Shown: piece after piece, positions 47,649 to 61,381 of the stretch
How positions within the stretch are numbered: position 1 is the first letter of the stretch
How the letters are laid out: each line of letters starts with the position of its first letter
Source of the DNA: Thalia democratica
Taxonomy: Eukaryota
Direction: 5' to 3'
DNA: 64,000 bases
Assembly (NCBI GenBank): GCA_965202585.1
Contig: OZ241833.1
Location: forward strand, 13,330,001 to 13,394,000
Made by a program: the position numbers and the translations under genes
Notes under the pieces: model-generated
Seen by the model: the letters and a program-made list of their open reading frames with translations, nothing else
What the model was told of the DNA's origin: nothing
Databases searched by the model: none

Positions 47649-49649
47649 AGTTTGAATAATAACACTATATAAAAAGTCGTTAAAAACATTTTTACAATGT
47701 AGTGAGATAAAAGTAAAAAAAAAATTGAAAAAGGCTTAACTTTGTTATAAAAGTTGACTAAAACCATATTTTATGCAAAAACTATTAAGCTTTATTTAAC
47801 TTTGCACTTTTATAGTTAATTTTATATTGCATCAATTTAGCTTTTGTTATTTTTGTAATATATTCCAACTAATCGCAGCAGATAAATTTATTGTTATTCT
47901 TTTCAAAAAAGTTTTATATTTTTCTGTTGTTGCTAGCTTTTGTATGTAATATTCTTTAATTTTATTTTTTTATTCACTGGTCATCATTTAGAGTAACATT
48001 AATTAGTGTTATAATATAAATAATTGTTCATATGTATTTAATATATATATAAAGAGGTATAAGATTTATATTGTATATAACAATGAGTCAGGAAAGTTAA
48101 AGAGCATTTTTGAAAGCTTTTAACTCAGAAAAGAGGCCAAACCACCTTAATTGTTCTTAAAGGTAGTACCACAAACCAGGGCTAGGGCTACATATAACTA
48201 AAACCAAACCATCTTAAATATAATTTTGTGTCCAAATATACCTAGGCAAAAATAGGAAGGTACACGTACTAATTTAAGTCTGATACTTTATACATAAATT
48301 TTAAAACGTTTTCTTGACTGATGTTTTTATAAACTTATGTTAAACTCGTAAATTTAATTTTTTTGTTAAAAGTTTTAAGTAAATTTGAACATATTTTTTA
48401 ATAATTTTTTTTATGTATATCACTTTACTGCATTATACTTAGTCAAAAAGTTATTACTAAAGTTTAGTATAACTTTTAGTATTAGGCTGTTAGCTGCATT
48501 TTATACCAATAATTTTGATAAGATAAACTTATTTAAACGAAAAATAAAAACAAAATGAATAAACAAGTAACTGTAACAAAACAATTTTTTTTATTTATAC
48601 AACTTATCCCTTAAACACTACAAAGCTATAAAACAAAGTTTACAAAAAGTCTCTATTGAATAGATAGCTTCTTGCTTTTTCTTACGTCATCATTTAATTT
48701 TATCTCTACACGCTTATTATTAGTTTATGATTTGAAACATATAAAAGCTGTGTTAAATTTTTAGTTCGTTGCGTTTAAAAGCCTAAATTTAACAATACTT
48801 TTATTAGCTATAAAAGTGAACACTTAAGGTTTAAATTTTTTTTCGCTTAAAAATTATTTATTGAACAGTGTTTTAATATAGAATATATATGTTATCTTTT
48901 ACATTAAAAGCAAAAAAACGCTAACGTTTGTTTTTTTGCATGTGTAATTTTCTCAATTGGTCATAAATCTAAATGTTACGACTTTTATAAAAGTTTATTG
49001 ACAAAAAACATAGAATCCATATATAAATATATTCATTTATTTATCTATAATTATAATAAAAAAGTATCTAGTCTTCAAAATGTTTACAACCTTTTCAAGA
49101 CTTTACGTTTACACACATCTTTAGAACAAAAAATAAAGCTTTATTGGCGAATTTTTATATATTTCTATATGAATTACATTGTATTATTTGAAACAAGCAA
49201 TTTTTTTAAAGTATTTTTTATTTGAAAAAATAAGTTTTAGTCAAACTATTATAAGTTTTGTAAACGACTTTAAATTGTTCTCTATATAATTTTTATGAAC
49301 TGAGAAATTTAGATTTAAATGCTTAAAAAAAGTTGTAAAAACTTCAAGTTACTTAATTCTAAATGTATTATTAAGCTTAAAATGTTTACAGCTTAAGTAT
49401 ATAAGCTAAAAGTTTCATAACAAAAATCTAAGCTTTATTTTCTTTAAATCGTGCTAATAAAAATAGTACAAAGTCTAAATTTAAACAAGAAGCATTTTCA
49501 TTGAAAAAACATAAAGTTATTTTACCTATAACATGCAATGAGCTTTATTATTTATTATCTTGTTTTTGAAGTTGGTTATAAATAATTTAAACTAAGAATA
49601 ATAACTTACAGCATAGTAGTAATTGTCACTTAAAAAAAAGTTATTAAAG

Positions 49650-52600
49650 TTATTTATAGATAGAACTAGGGTCTTCATCAACAAGTCCATTTCTAATATT
49701 TGTCATTGTAATGTTGCAATTACGATTACCTGATCTTTTTAATGCATTTTTCGTCGTACTCATCACCTATTTTTTTAAATTAGAAAGCAAAATTAGTTAT
49801 AGAAGTTTATTATACCTAATGCACTCTAAAGTATAGTAGTAAACCGTAAGCAAGTAGCTACAGATTAAACTATTAAACTAAAAGTATTTAAAAAAAATTC
49901 TTCTAATTATTTTATCCTTGCATACATAGATTAAGTTAAACCAATACTGACAAACTAATTTAAACTTAAATATGTTTGAATTAATGATTTAGTCTAGTTT
50001 TTATTCATCAAAGTGTAAAGATGATGGAAAAATTGTAAAGAAAAGTACGCTCGCTATCTTTCATAATTTCCTATATACAGTAACCTTTAGAAAAATGTGT
50101 CAGAAACAATTTCAATACTCGTTTGAGCTTTATCTTGTTTTTAAATTGTTTAATTATCAACTAGTTTTTTTTTTCAATATAAACTTTTAATATAGTTATA
50201 CTATATAAGTATACATAATTAATAAAAAACTCCTCAAAAATATACTATTTAAGTTAAGCAAACAACAGTAACATTTCCTTTCACTAGATAAAATTGACAG
50301 TTGTATAATCCAGTTGTCTTTTTTAATTTCTCCTATTCACATAACCATAAAGAAGAGAACATCCAAATATTATTAGTTACGACAAATGAGGAAAATATAA
50401 CAAGTTTTGTCATAAAAACGTTTTGTTTTATATAACTTAATATCGTTGGAATTTTGTTTTTACATAAAGTATTTTGATTTTTTAAACTTTTAATTAACCC
50501 AAAAACTACATCAGATGATTAATGCTTTTTTTTTTTTAAACTTTAGGATCACATGAATTAGTTTATTTGATGGATCATAAAACTGCAGTTAAAGTTAAAA
50601 AAAAAAGAATAAACTATTTTTAGCTTTTATTTTAGACCGAAAGCATCAAAGCTTACTTTAACCTTATAAATTCACACTTTAACCCATCTAAAGCTAACAA
50701 AACGTTTTACCCCGTAATTTATTAAAGTTTTGTTAAATGTCGAAGTGGAGAAAGTATTGTTGTAAAATGCAAAATATACAATTATAAATACTTCAAAACG
50801 ATTTTTAAACTTATAAACGATTTTCAATAAAACTAATGATCTGTTCGAATGTCTGTCTTTTTGTTTACAAATTAAAATCATGTGTTTAGTTAAATATAAA
50901 TGAAAAAAAAGCGTTTTCAATATTAAAAAATTAACATGTAAAAAAATAAAGATTTATTCAAGTTTGGCTTGTTTTGAATAGCTTATTGTTTGCTGTTTTT
51001 AGTTTAATTCTTAGCTTAGATTCTTACTAAGCAGAACGGCATCAACTAATAAATGACTTTTAATCTTTAACATGTTTTTAGTTATTTGTTCTATCTAAAA
51101 AAAAGAGTAAAATTTTATTTTAAGAAATATAAATATAAATATATAAATACAACGCGTAAACGAAAGCTCATACCTTTCTATAAAAATTTAAATTAATAAC
51201 ATAAAATCTTAAACTTTTCTTTCTACAACCTATAAGCTAACTTGTAAAAACATTTAAACTTGTTTACTGTTTTAATTACTAAATTGTTTACAGAGCTAAT
51301 GATATATCTTAATTTAAAAAATACTAATACTATACTTATATATGCTTAAATAGTTTTTATTTTGTTAGTAAATCTATTTTATTTTATAACTATTTTTTTT
51401 TTAATTTAAGTAAAGTTTTAAAAAGATTTGACTATAGTTCAATTTTTTCTAAACCTACTTTAATAAATTTTAAATTCAATAAAATCTTTAGTTATATTTT
51501 ACAAGTTTATCTTTTTTTACTTTGTTAAGAACATCCCTTCCTCTAATTAGTTGCATTGCTTTTTCTAACTTTGGGTTAGCTTCTAAATAATATTGTAATC
51601 TTTCTCTGTTCCAGCACATGTAATAACAAGGATCATCTGCTTCTATTGTAACCTGTTAGGGCTTGTTGTGTCGTAAAAGTAAAACTAATATTTTACTCAT
51701 GTATTCAGTAAATTATGTGTAAAATTGTACCCAAAAAATTTAAATATGAACATAAAATTGAAAATACTAAATAAGCCAAGTAAGTAACCAAATAAACTAT
51801 ACTATTTACAAAACTTAAACTAGACTAGCTATCTTAAACTAATTATTTTATTCTAAATAATCAAAAACATTCAAAAAAAATTATTCATACCTCTTAAGAA
51901 CTTTTCGATACTTTTAAAGAGTATCAAAAAGGTGCAAGCTATAAAAATATATATACATATTTTTTAATAAATTGTGGAAATAGAGAAACTCTCCACGACA
52001 AATTGTAGGTTTAGTAGTTTTGTTAGAGGGTGCGGAAAAGTTAATTATTAAAAAAAACCTTTAATTGATATTTTTAAAACTTATTTACTAAAAAAAGAAA
52101 AAAATACAATTATAATAACTCGTTTACAAACAAAAGTTTATTTAAAAAATGATAATTTCAGCAGCTTTTTAATATTACAATATTATTTTTTAATTAACTA
52201 TGTGGAGCATATGCACAAATGCTCCGACCCATGCAACTCCCCTTGGTTCAACTATATATTATAAATGACACACAACGTTTTTGTTAAACAATTGTTTTAA
52301 TCGTTTCCTAAAATTAGCCAGATCTTTAGCCACTTTGATGCACAAAACTAAATATAAAACATAACCTTAAAAAACGGAAAACAAACCTGAAATATTTCAC
52401 CCCGCTTAATTTTTGTTGTATGCCACTCAGGGGAATCAATAATTTGTTTTTCGTTAATTTGATGTAAGTAAATTCCTTTAAATGTCACATTCAAGCTTTA
52501 AAAAACATTTAATGTTACGATAAGTCTTCTTTTAAGTTTTACTTATGCATTGACTTTAATTATGAAATAGTATAGATGCTATATTGAACAAATTATTATA

Positions 52601-55600
52601 TCTAAAAATTTTTTAAACACGGTAAAAAGTTTTCAAAACCTCTAACTTGAGGTTTATGAGCGAAAAATTAAGTTATAACAATGTATAAGACTATTTTTTT
52701 AAATCTACTTTAAATCTTTTCTATGGCGCTGACAATTTTATATATTATAAACAGCATCAAAAAGTTTGCTCATAAATTTTTGTAGCTATTTTTTAATAAA
52801 AGGCAACGAAAAAAAGCGTTTGTAATCATCAGATGAAAATCTTGTTTATATAAATTTTATAAAAAAATAAATAAGTGTACATAGTTTTCTCTGCTGTTTG
52901 TTTATATATTTATAAAAAGTTTTTACAAAATATTTTTTAAATATATTTGTTATAAAAATATAAGTTTGGCTTATCTTTAATAGGTTTTTTTTACTATCAA
53001 AAGCAGTAAACAATGTTTATTACAGGGGCGTGTTTTGACTAGTTTCCTAGAGCTAGTACGGCCCCTGAAAAAAGTTTAAATTAAACTTACAAAATATTTA
53101 AAAAATTACATGCGTCTATATTTGTTATGCTTTTTTAGTAAATTTTTAGACAATGAATGTAGAATTCACAAACATTAGATATCATTAGATTTTCTTTATT
53201 TGCTAGTACTAAACTTGTAATCAGCTAATGCAAATTGTAAATCAAAACTTAATTGATATGTCAAAACAAAATAAAACCTTTTTAGAACCTGCTTTTGAAA
53301 ATAAACTTTTACTAAGTTGCACAATATTTTAAACTTTAAGTGCTAGCATAAGTATATAAATGATGACTTTGCACTGTTTTTGAAGTAGAAACTGCAAGTT
53401 TACTTTTAAACTTTTTAATGATAATTACGAAAGTTTAACTACTAAAGTTTTAGTTATGTGTAAAAAAAAGTTGTGTAGTAAAATTTTACTTATTGTAATA
53501 TAAAGCAATTGAAATTTTGGGTATGTTAAAGCAGGTTACTGGATACTTTTACTATAAACTTTAATAATATTATTTTATATATTTTCAAAACTGCTAACGT
53601 TTCGATATATGTAGTTTACTAGAAACTGACAATATCATTTTAACTACTCGAACACTACATTTGCATAATGGCATTTAAAAGTTTTTCTAAACTAATATTT
53701 TAATAAAGAGTATTCTGTAATAAAAATTTTGACGTTTCTTTACATTTTAAAGACACTTTGTTTATAATTCTTAAATTTAATGCTTAAACCATTTATTTTC
53801 CTGTAATGTGTTTCCAACTTTTATGATTAAAATTAAAGTATTTAAACTAGATATTTTAATTAACAAAAGATGTTTAATAATAAAAAAAACTACAACTAAA
53901 AAAAAAACAAATTAAAGGACGCTATAATAATATTTTTAAATGTCAGTAGTTAGAGTTTTATTCATAAACAGTTATAAAGTTTTAATTATGATTTTTTTTA
54001 AGAGTGAGTTATTTTTTATATTGTCTATATCAGTTGAGGAAAATAATAGCATTTTCTTTTTAAACCTTCTATTTGAATAATAATTACTGACAAAGTTTAG
54101 AGAAAATGAACTCCAGATCTTTAGAAATTGATTTTACTACAGCATACTCTTATTTACACTATAATTTACATATAACATAACATACGTATGACATAATAAC
54201 AGCCACTAACATCATTTATAAAGTGATTTTTTCATGTTACTGTACACAACACTATACAATTTAAGAGAAATGTTTTACCCCACTTAAAAAAGCCTATACC
54301 TGCCCTTGTTTGTTATTTACGGTTTTGTTTAGAGTGTATGATTTGTAAAAATGCAAAGTAAAATTTAACTATTTTTATTATGAACCTTCCACTAATAAGA
54401 ATTGAGACCCTGGGATCAGTGGTTGTGTGACCTTCTACAGCATATTTATCTCCAGGTGAAATGTTGACAAACTTGCAGTTCTGGTTTACAAGTGCTTTGA
54501 ATTCTGGTCTCGAAATGTTGAATGGTACAAAAAGCTATAATTATTTTTGTCATTAAAATAGTTATGTTAAAAACTGTAAAGCTTGTAACTACTTACTGGT
54601 ACTTTTTAAATAAAGGTTTTAATGTTATACAAAATCGTTTAAAACATTCATTATAAACAGGTTTATATTTAAATAAGAGTCCTTACACAAGTTTAGATCT
54701 AAGAAAACTTACAAAGCTTAAATTAGTAACGAACATTTAGTATCGTAGTATTTAATCCATTTTTGATTTAGATTTGATTACATTTTATTTGATTCTTATG
54801 CTTTTTATCAAGTTTAAGTTTTACATAAAAGTACGTATAAACTTGCTTAAATGAACTAGCTAAAGTATTAAAGAATACTTGTTTCATTAAAAAAATCTAT
54901 TTTTTATTTAACAAATAAAAAAAATTAAACTTTGTAAAAGCTGAAGTTTTTTTTTTTGTAACTTATGAGTACATACTTCTTTTATTTAACTGAAATATGT
55001 TTCTCTTTGTTAAGCCACTTTTTGGAGCTATCAACAACTCCGGGAAACTAGGTTTATTCTTAAATACAGAGAACTACATGTCAATAAAATTAAAAAAAAA
55101 CTAAGCAAATTGTTATTAACTTTAAATTAAGTTTATATATAAACCCAGCTCGTGTTCAATGAATTTAATATTTGATCGTTCACTAGAGGGTCAACAAAAA
55201 AAGCATACAAAAAGTATATTTTTTTCGTAAATACTAGAAAATTTTTGATAAAAATACTAAGTGAATTCATTATACATTGCTTTGAATTGTTGTCTGTTTT
55301 TTATTTTCAAAGAGCAACAAAAACTTTTATATTTAAGTAATTTTTAAATGTTTTTTCTTTGATCGTTAATTTTTGATTTTTAAAGAAATCAAACTTTGAT
55401 CTAAGCAAAATCTCTTTATATCGCTTCGCGTCAATTAGCACAACTTTTGTTGTAGACGAAGATCTTTTTAGTTTGGTTTGAAGCCCTAAATGTGCTACAA
55501 TCTTGGCTTTCTAGCCACATATTTCAAATAAAATTTATTTATTTTAAGCTGCGGCCCCACTGTTTACGTTTACTCAATTAGGTTCAACATTAAAAAGTAT

Positions 55601-57891
55601 AATTTATTAATTAAATTTCTATCATATTGAAAAAACTTAAAATAAACATAAACTGTTTTGAGAAATATTTCAGCAAAAGCTTTTTAACCTCGCGATATAT
55701 TTCTTCAAGGTCGGGCGAAAGCTTTACAGTTCTGTAGGAGTAGCACGTGTGCATAAACATTGAGAAATTCTGTACGATGTAAATAATGGACCAAACCATG
55801 ATGTCTTGTGTGCACCAAAACCAGTAACCCCAACACAACATGAACACAGATGCTACTATATAAAGACCTTTCACTGAGACAACGTAAAATCTGTAACAAA
55901 CTATACTGTTATGCTCAAATTTTTTTTTTTTTTTAGCGAAATGTTTAAAAGTCAATCGTTAGGTTCAGAGCTTCAGCGAAGTAGTAAAATAAAATGTAAG
56001 AAAAGAATAGAAATTATTGTACATAAAGTATTTTTTGAATATTTATAATGAATATTAAAGTACATGTTTTTTTTTTTCTATATACTTTTCTCAAATTCTA
56101 GATTTTTTTCCAAAATCTATTTTAAGATTTAGCTAAAATCTCGAGCGTAATTATTATTTTTTGATCTGTTTACATCAAATATTTGTTTAAGCAAGTATTT
56201 TTGATAACTTATTCTTTTGTAAGATATTTTAAAATATCCATTGTTCAAAAAGCTATACTTACACTGCCATATTATTACATTGCCTATCTAATGAAGTTTC
56301 AATGTATATAGTTTCAATGTATATAAGTAAAAATCAACTAGTATTAATTATTAAAGAATATTTATGTTCATAATATATTAAAGTAGAAGGAATAGGTAAG
56401 GATTTCATCGTATGTTGTAAAATAATTATTCTAATATTTATAAAATGTTTTCAAATGATTTTTTACTGTTTATTCTACACTTAAATAATCAAGAATTGTG
56501 AATTTGATTTTTAAATTTTATAATGACAAATTTTTTTAGGATATTAATCTTATTGTATTTTTTAAATACATTTTTGTAAATTATAATCAGCTTACGCATT
56601 ACAAAATCAGTACAAAATTTGAAAAAAAAATCTTTTTTTTATCGTTAGTTCTATTTTTTCTATCGAAAAAATTATAAAGCTATTTATAGAGAACAAAAAA
56701 AAGATAACTAAAAACTTTTTTTAGTTATTTGATTCTTTTTTTTAAGTATTAAGCAATCGGGATTTTTTACAAAATTAAGTAATTTTTTATATAAACTAAT
56801 GCTGGCTTAGATCAATCCATTACCATATTTTCAACTTTAGTTTTTAGCTCTCCAGATTTTCAAGTGCTATATCTCAAAATATCAAAATAAAACTTACCAT
56901 CATTTTTGTACTGTCATTAGATAAAATGTGAGTTCTGCTTTTTTTAATTATTTATTTTTGTTTAAAAGTTATTTTTCTTGATAATAAAGGAGTACTTACT
57001 TATTTTACAGACAATGTAGAGAGCGGATCAATAAAATTGATTTTTTCCTACGTAGTAAAGTTTGAACTTTTACGTGGCATTTTAATTCTTTAAACAAAAA
57101 TATCAATATATAAAACATAGATACTACAAAGATTAAATTAACCAATTGCTGCGATAAATAAAATAACTAATTTTGAATTTTTTAAGACCACCACCTTTTA
57201 TATTTCCTTTTTTTTTAATAACAAATTATACATCTTAAATTTCAATATAACAATGTTGTTGTATACACATCTCGTTTAAGTAGTCTTAATACTGTTAAGA
57301 CATTTATTAGAACAAGATATAGCTGTTATTTTTTTAAGACTGTAAAATATTATATTATTGACATTTATTGTAAAATAAATTTATTAAGTTCGCAATTCAG
57401 TTGACTAAATTTTACTAGTCTAAAAACTTCAAGAAACTAACTGTGTTTTATTAAAGTATATATGCTCTAATTTAAACTTGATGTAAGCTCACCCTACACA
57501 TTAGAATTCATATGAATAATTTCAAACTGCTTTGACCTTCAATTAAAAAGCTTTCCTCAAAGTATTATTCATAAACTTACTTTTACAAAACTACTTATAG
57601 TTTATGCCAAGCCCGGTTTTCAATATCATACTATACAAAGTATCATTTACTTCGACAAAAATTTGTTTGCACACCAAAAATAACCTTATTCGATTACTTA
57701 GTTTTAACGTAATACTATAAGAATTTTTCAATTATAAATTAAAAATACAATACTTTTTTTTATACTTACTTATTCGTGTAAGGTATTAATGAAGCAGCAA
57801 AAAAAGCTACCATTGATAAATGAAAGGTAGCATTTTGGGGCAGAAGCCATTTTGGACATGAAGTTGAAGGCAAAAAGTCATCTGAAATCAT
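49650..57891 (-). CDS. POPDC: Popeye domain-containing membrane protein (BVES/POPDC-like cAMP effector), 6 exons, about 276 aa
   Basis: Minus-strand exons: 57891-57770 (MISDDFLPSTSCPKWLLPQNATFHLSMVAFFAASLIPYTNK), 55890-55689 (FYVVSVKGLYIVASVFMLCWGYWFWCTQDIMVWSIIYIVQNFSMFMHTCYSYRTVKLSPDLEEIYRE), 54534-54386 (LFVPFNISRPEFKALVNQNCKFVNISPGDKYAVEGHTTTDPRVSILISG), 52495-52387 (SLNVTFKGIYLHQINEKQIIDSPEWHTTKIKRGEIFQ), 51652-51521 (VTIEADDPCYYMCWNRERLQYYLEANPKLEKAMQLIRGRDVLNK), 49766-49650 (VMSTTKNALKRSGNRNCNITMTNIRNGLVDEDPSSIYK*). Phases join in frame (831 nt). Three hydrophobic segments, the DIMVW motif and the DSPE and FQVT cAMP-cassette motifs match what I know of BVES/POPDC. The last exon is less certain because its upstream donor (AAA|GTAAAA) is weak. 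Confidence 0.9.
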
Positions 57892-60069
57892 TCTTTTGAC
57901 CTTTGCTCACCAGTAATATTTTTTATTAGTTTTAAGCTAATATTTAAAGTTGCTTAATTAAATATAGTTTAAGTAAGAATAACTTATTACTGTATGTTTA
58001 TTTATAAGTGTTTATTAGATTATAAAAGGAAAACGTTATCAAAATGGAAAAACTTATAATTTGTAAGTACAGTAAGTTTAAAAGAGCAGCTAATTTCATT
58101 TACTAAACACAAAAAAGTTTACTAATCTAGTAAAAAGTGTTCAAAAAGTTTTTTAAGTGTTAGTTATAAAAATATTTACTTACTGGTTTTATATACTAAA
58201 AGTCAAAACTATAAAACAACTCGATAACGTATAAATAACTTTTGAATATAAACATGTTAAGGTTAAGAATTCTAGAGCAACATTAAAATTTCAAAAACAG
58301 CTAATGTCATCTCTACTATAGACTGCTAGTAGTACTACTTTTAGTTATTAATAAGTAAGTAGCTTAGCAAAAGAGACAAAACAGCTAGATAGAAAAAAGG
58401 GTAAGTTTAAAACAGCTGCCTATACTGACTTTTCGTAAAGATATAAAGGAATTTCACTTTTACTTTATAACTTTATAGCTTTATAACTTTATGTTTAAGA
58501 AAAATGGTAAAGTTTCTTCGTTTAAATAAATCATTCTTTGAGAAACACTAATTTTATTATTATTTACGGCTAAATCTCTTTTTTAACCTCTTACTACTTG
58601 ATAAATTCTTTTTTTTTGGTCTAAAACTTTATGATAAGTGTAAAATTTTAATTAAACAAAAATAAATGTTGTTATCTTTCATTTTAGTATAAGGTCTGGG
58701 AAAAAAAAGTACTATTAGAACAAAACCGTAAAGCGTTTTTACAATTGTTTTAACATTTTTGTTTTAGATTTCTACACTGATTTTGGTACAACAGAAAACA
58801 TTCCTTTAAACTAACTTTCACATACTTTTAAGCTAAAACAATTTTTTGATTCGTGTTTTTATACTTTTTATCTTTTTAACTTTTATTCTTTTATAATGCT
58901 TAAAATTATTACAAAAAAAGCAGTTAATTAAAAATGCGATAAAAACATTATGAATAAAAATTAAGTAATAGATATTCTAACTAGTTTTCAAAACAAAACC
59001 AACTTTTACTAAAGGTCTAATCAAAAACTTTTGAATAATGGTACTTTTCAGGTAAATAAAAGTAAAAATTAATAATGTATTATATATTAGTAAACTAAAT
59101 TTATTGTTTAATAAGTATAAAAACTTAATGGAGTACTAATTTTGAATTTGCACTTTTTATATTTTTCTGAGCTTGTTTTTTTTTGTAACTATTTGTTTTT
59201 TCTACAAACTTAAAAGCACTTTTTCAACTATTTCTATTTTACAAACCAGAAATGTACCAAAAAACTATTTTTTTGTTTTTATATATTTTTTTTTACTTTA
59301 GTGATATCTTCTAATAATACTGTTGTCTACGTTTATTTAAACATTTTAGAGCAAAAAAAAAACGTACTTTTATACTAAAGTAGTATTTAAAAAAGTATTT
59401 TGAAAGTAATGATGAACTTCCAATTCTAAAGATTTAGATCTTTTACTTCTATAAATTACAGTATGTTTTATTAGTCACTAAATTTGTTTTTTTAACATTT
59501 AAGCTTAATTCAAATGATAAGCTCTAGTTTAGTTTTTAAACTCTATTCGTCTATAAATGATACAAATGAAAATTACTTTTGCACGATCATTGCTTAATAA
59601 GTTTTTATATAATCTTAAGTTACAGACTTTATACTTGTTCTATCTGAAATCATCTACAAAAAAAAATAAATAACAAAATATAGTTGTTTAAGTCATTAAA
59701 CAGATAGTTTTTTTACAACCATTTGAACTAAAATATATTGTTGTAAAACATGCTTAATTTCCAAGTTACTTAAAAACCATAATAATAGTACTAATTTTGA
59801 ATATTTGTTCAAAAAATAAATTTGATGAGTCTAAAAAATAGTTAGAAAGCCTAAGTAAGCTTTTAAAACGCTGAGAGTTGGTATCAGTGGCGACGCGTGG
59901 GACTTTGTATTTAACTTTAAATCAATGTTGCTTTATCTTATAAAGATACTTTAATACTACAAGTTCTAAAATTGTTAAGCTTATTATAATAGCATTTTAA
60001 GTTTTATTAACTATATAATACTTTACTTAAAATCAAAGAAAACTTAGTAAGCCAAATATATCTAAATAT

Positions 60070-60214
60070 TAGTGATCTACCGAATTCAAGACTCGGACTC
60101 GTATTCGGCCACATTTTCACTCTTTCGTTTTTTACTCGCATTCGGCCGAATCCTAATTTCAAAATAAGGATCGGATTCGGCCAAATCCGAAATTTCAGAT
60201 TCAGTAGACGACTT
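60070..60214. mobile_element. Short MITE-like element with imperfect TIRs and internal ATTCGG/CCGAAT repeats
   Basis: Left tagtgatctaccgaat versus right attcagtagacgactt (reverse complement aagtcgtctactgaat). No TSD was found. Confidence 0.4.
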
Positions 60215-61381
60215 CAACTTTTTAAATTTTACTCAATTGTTTGTCAAAAGTTAAATGATTTGTAAAACTAATTAATAATTTCAAGCTTGAGTTGATAAAA
60301 CAAAGCTTTTTCACACTTATAATTGCCTTCTCAACTTTAATTTAGAGTTTTGCACACAGTATAAAAACTATGATAAATTATTTTTGTTAGACTCTCAAAC
60401 AAAATTAAGTACATATTTAAGGCGTTTAATCTCAGCTTTTTAGATAACCGCTCTTACTCATTCATAATATAATTAGTTTTTTATGTTTTCTCGTGAACCT
60501 ACTTCGGTTCACATAACATTTTGACTTTTCTCTTACGAAAACATAAATAGTACATATACTTATAGGTGATTTAATTTATTTCATTTTAATAAGGTTTTCC
60601 TCAGGTAAACTCAGTTCTGTGAAATCTTAACTGCATAGCTCAGGCCTTACCAGGATTTTTTTTCTAAACATCTCTATTAAGGTTATCTTGAAAACTTATG
60701 ACATATATTTTACGGTTAAATTTATGGATTTTGTAGTAGGGAAGTCTAGTTTACAAAATCCATGTAATTTAAAGTTTTCTTTTGTTTAGTTAATATGGTT
60801 TTCAGTCTCTATTTAGATGTTATTTAATATTTAGTTGTGTCATAAATTACTTTTGACAAGGATTGTAGGACTTATGTATTTTATTTTATTTTTTTCCAAA
60901 CTGTTGAAAATTTATCATGTTATTGTGTCTTGTTTTGAGAGTCTGTTAGTTGAAATAAAAAAAGAAAATGAAAAAATATATATTAAGGTTGCGTTTTTAT
61001 TAGATTTTTTATATAAAGGTCAATTATTTATACAAAAAATCTGACTTAAATATCTAACATTAAAGCAGATGCTTGCATACTTTTAGCTATATACTTTTAT
61101 GTTAATTCTTTTTTTAATGTATTTAATTGATAATTTACATTTATGAAATATATATTATAACTTCAAATATTTTGATAGCTTTTTTCAAAACAATGTTCTA
61201 AAGAAGAAAAAATATGTTAATACTAAAATCCTAATTAATTTTTTATAAATTTCTATTTTACTTGATGTTCTATTTTTTGTAGTGAAAAATTGTTATGAAA
61301 AAACAAATTCTTAAAATAATTGAATTTACATCATTCTTTTAAGCAATAAGTGGAGACCTTTATTTGGTATTTATCTTTAAG

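Noticed and set aside
53023-53067. 45-bp CAGGGGC...GCCCCTG mini inverted repeat in a POPDC intron
   Set aside because: It has no TSD and is too short to distinguish from chance or a heavily deleted relic.
60724-60763. 12-bp inverted repeat hairpin, considered as a Helitron end
   Set aside because: The stem is AT-rich and no CTRR terminus follows.
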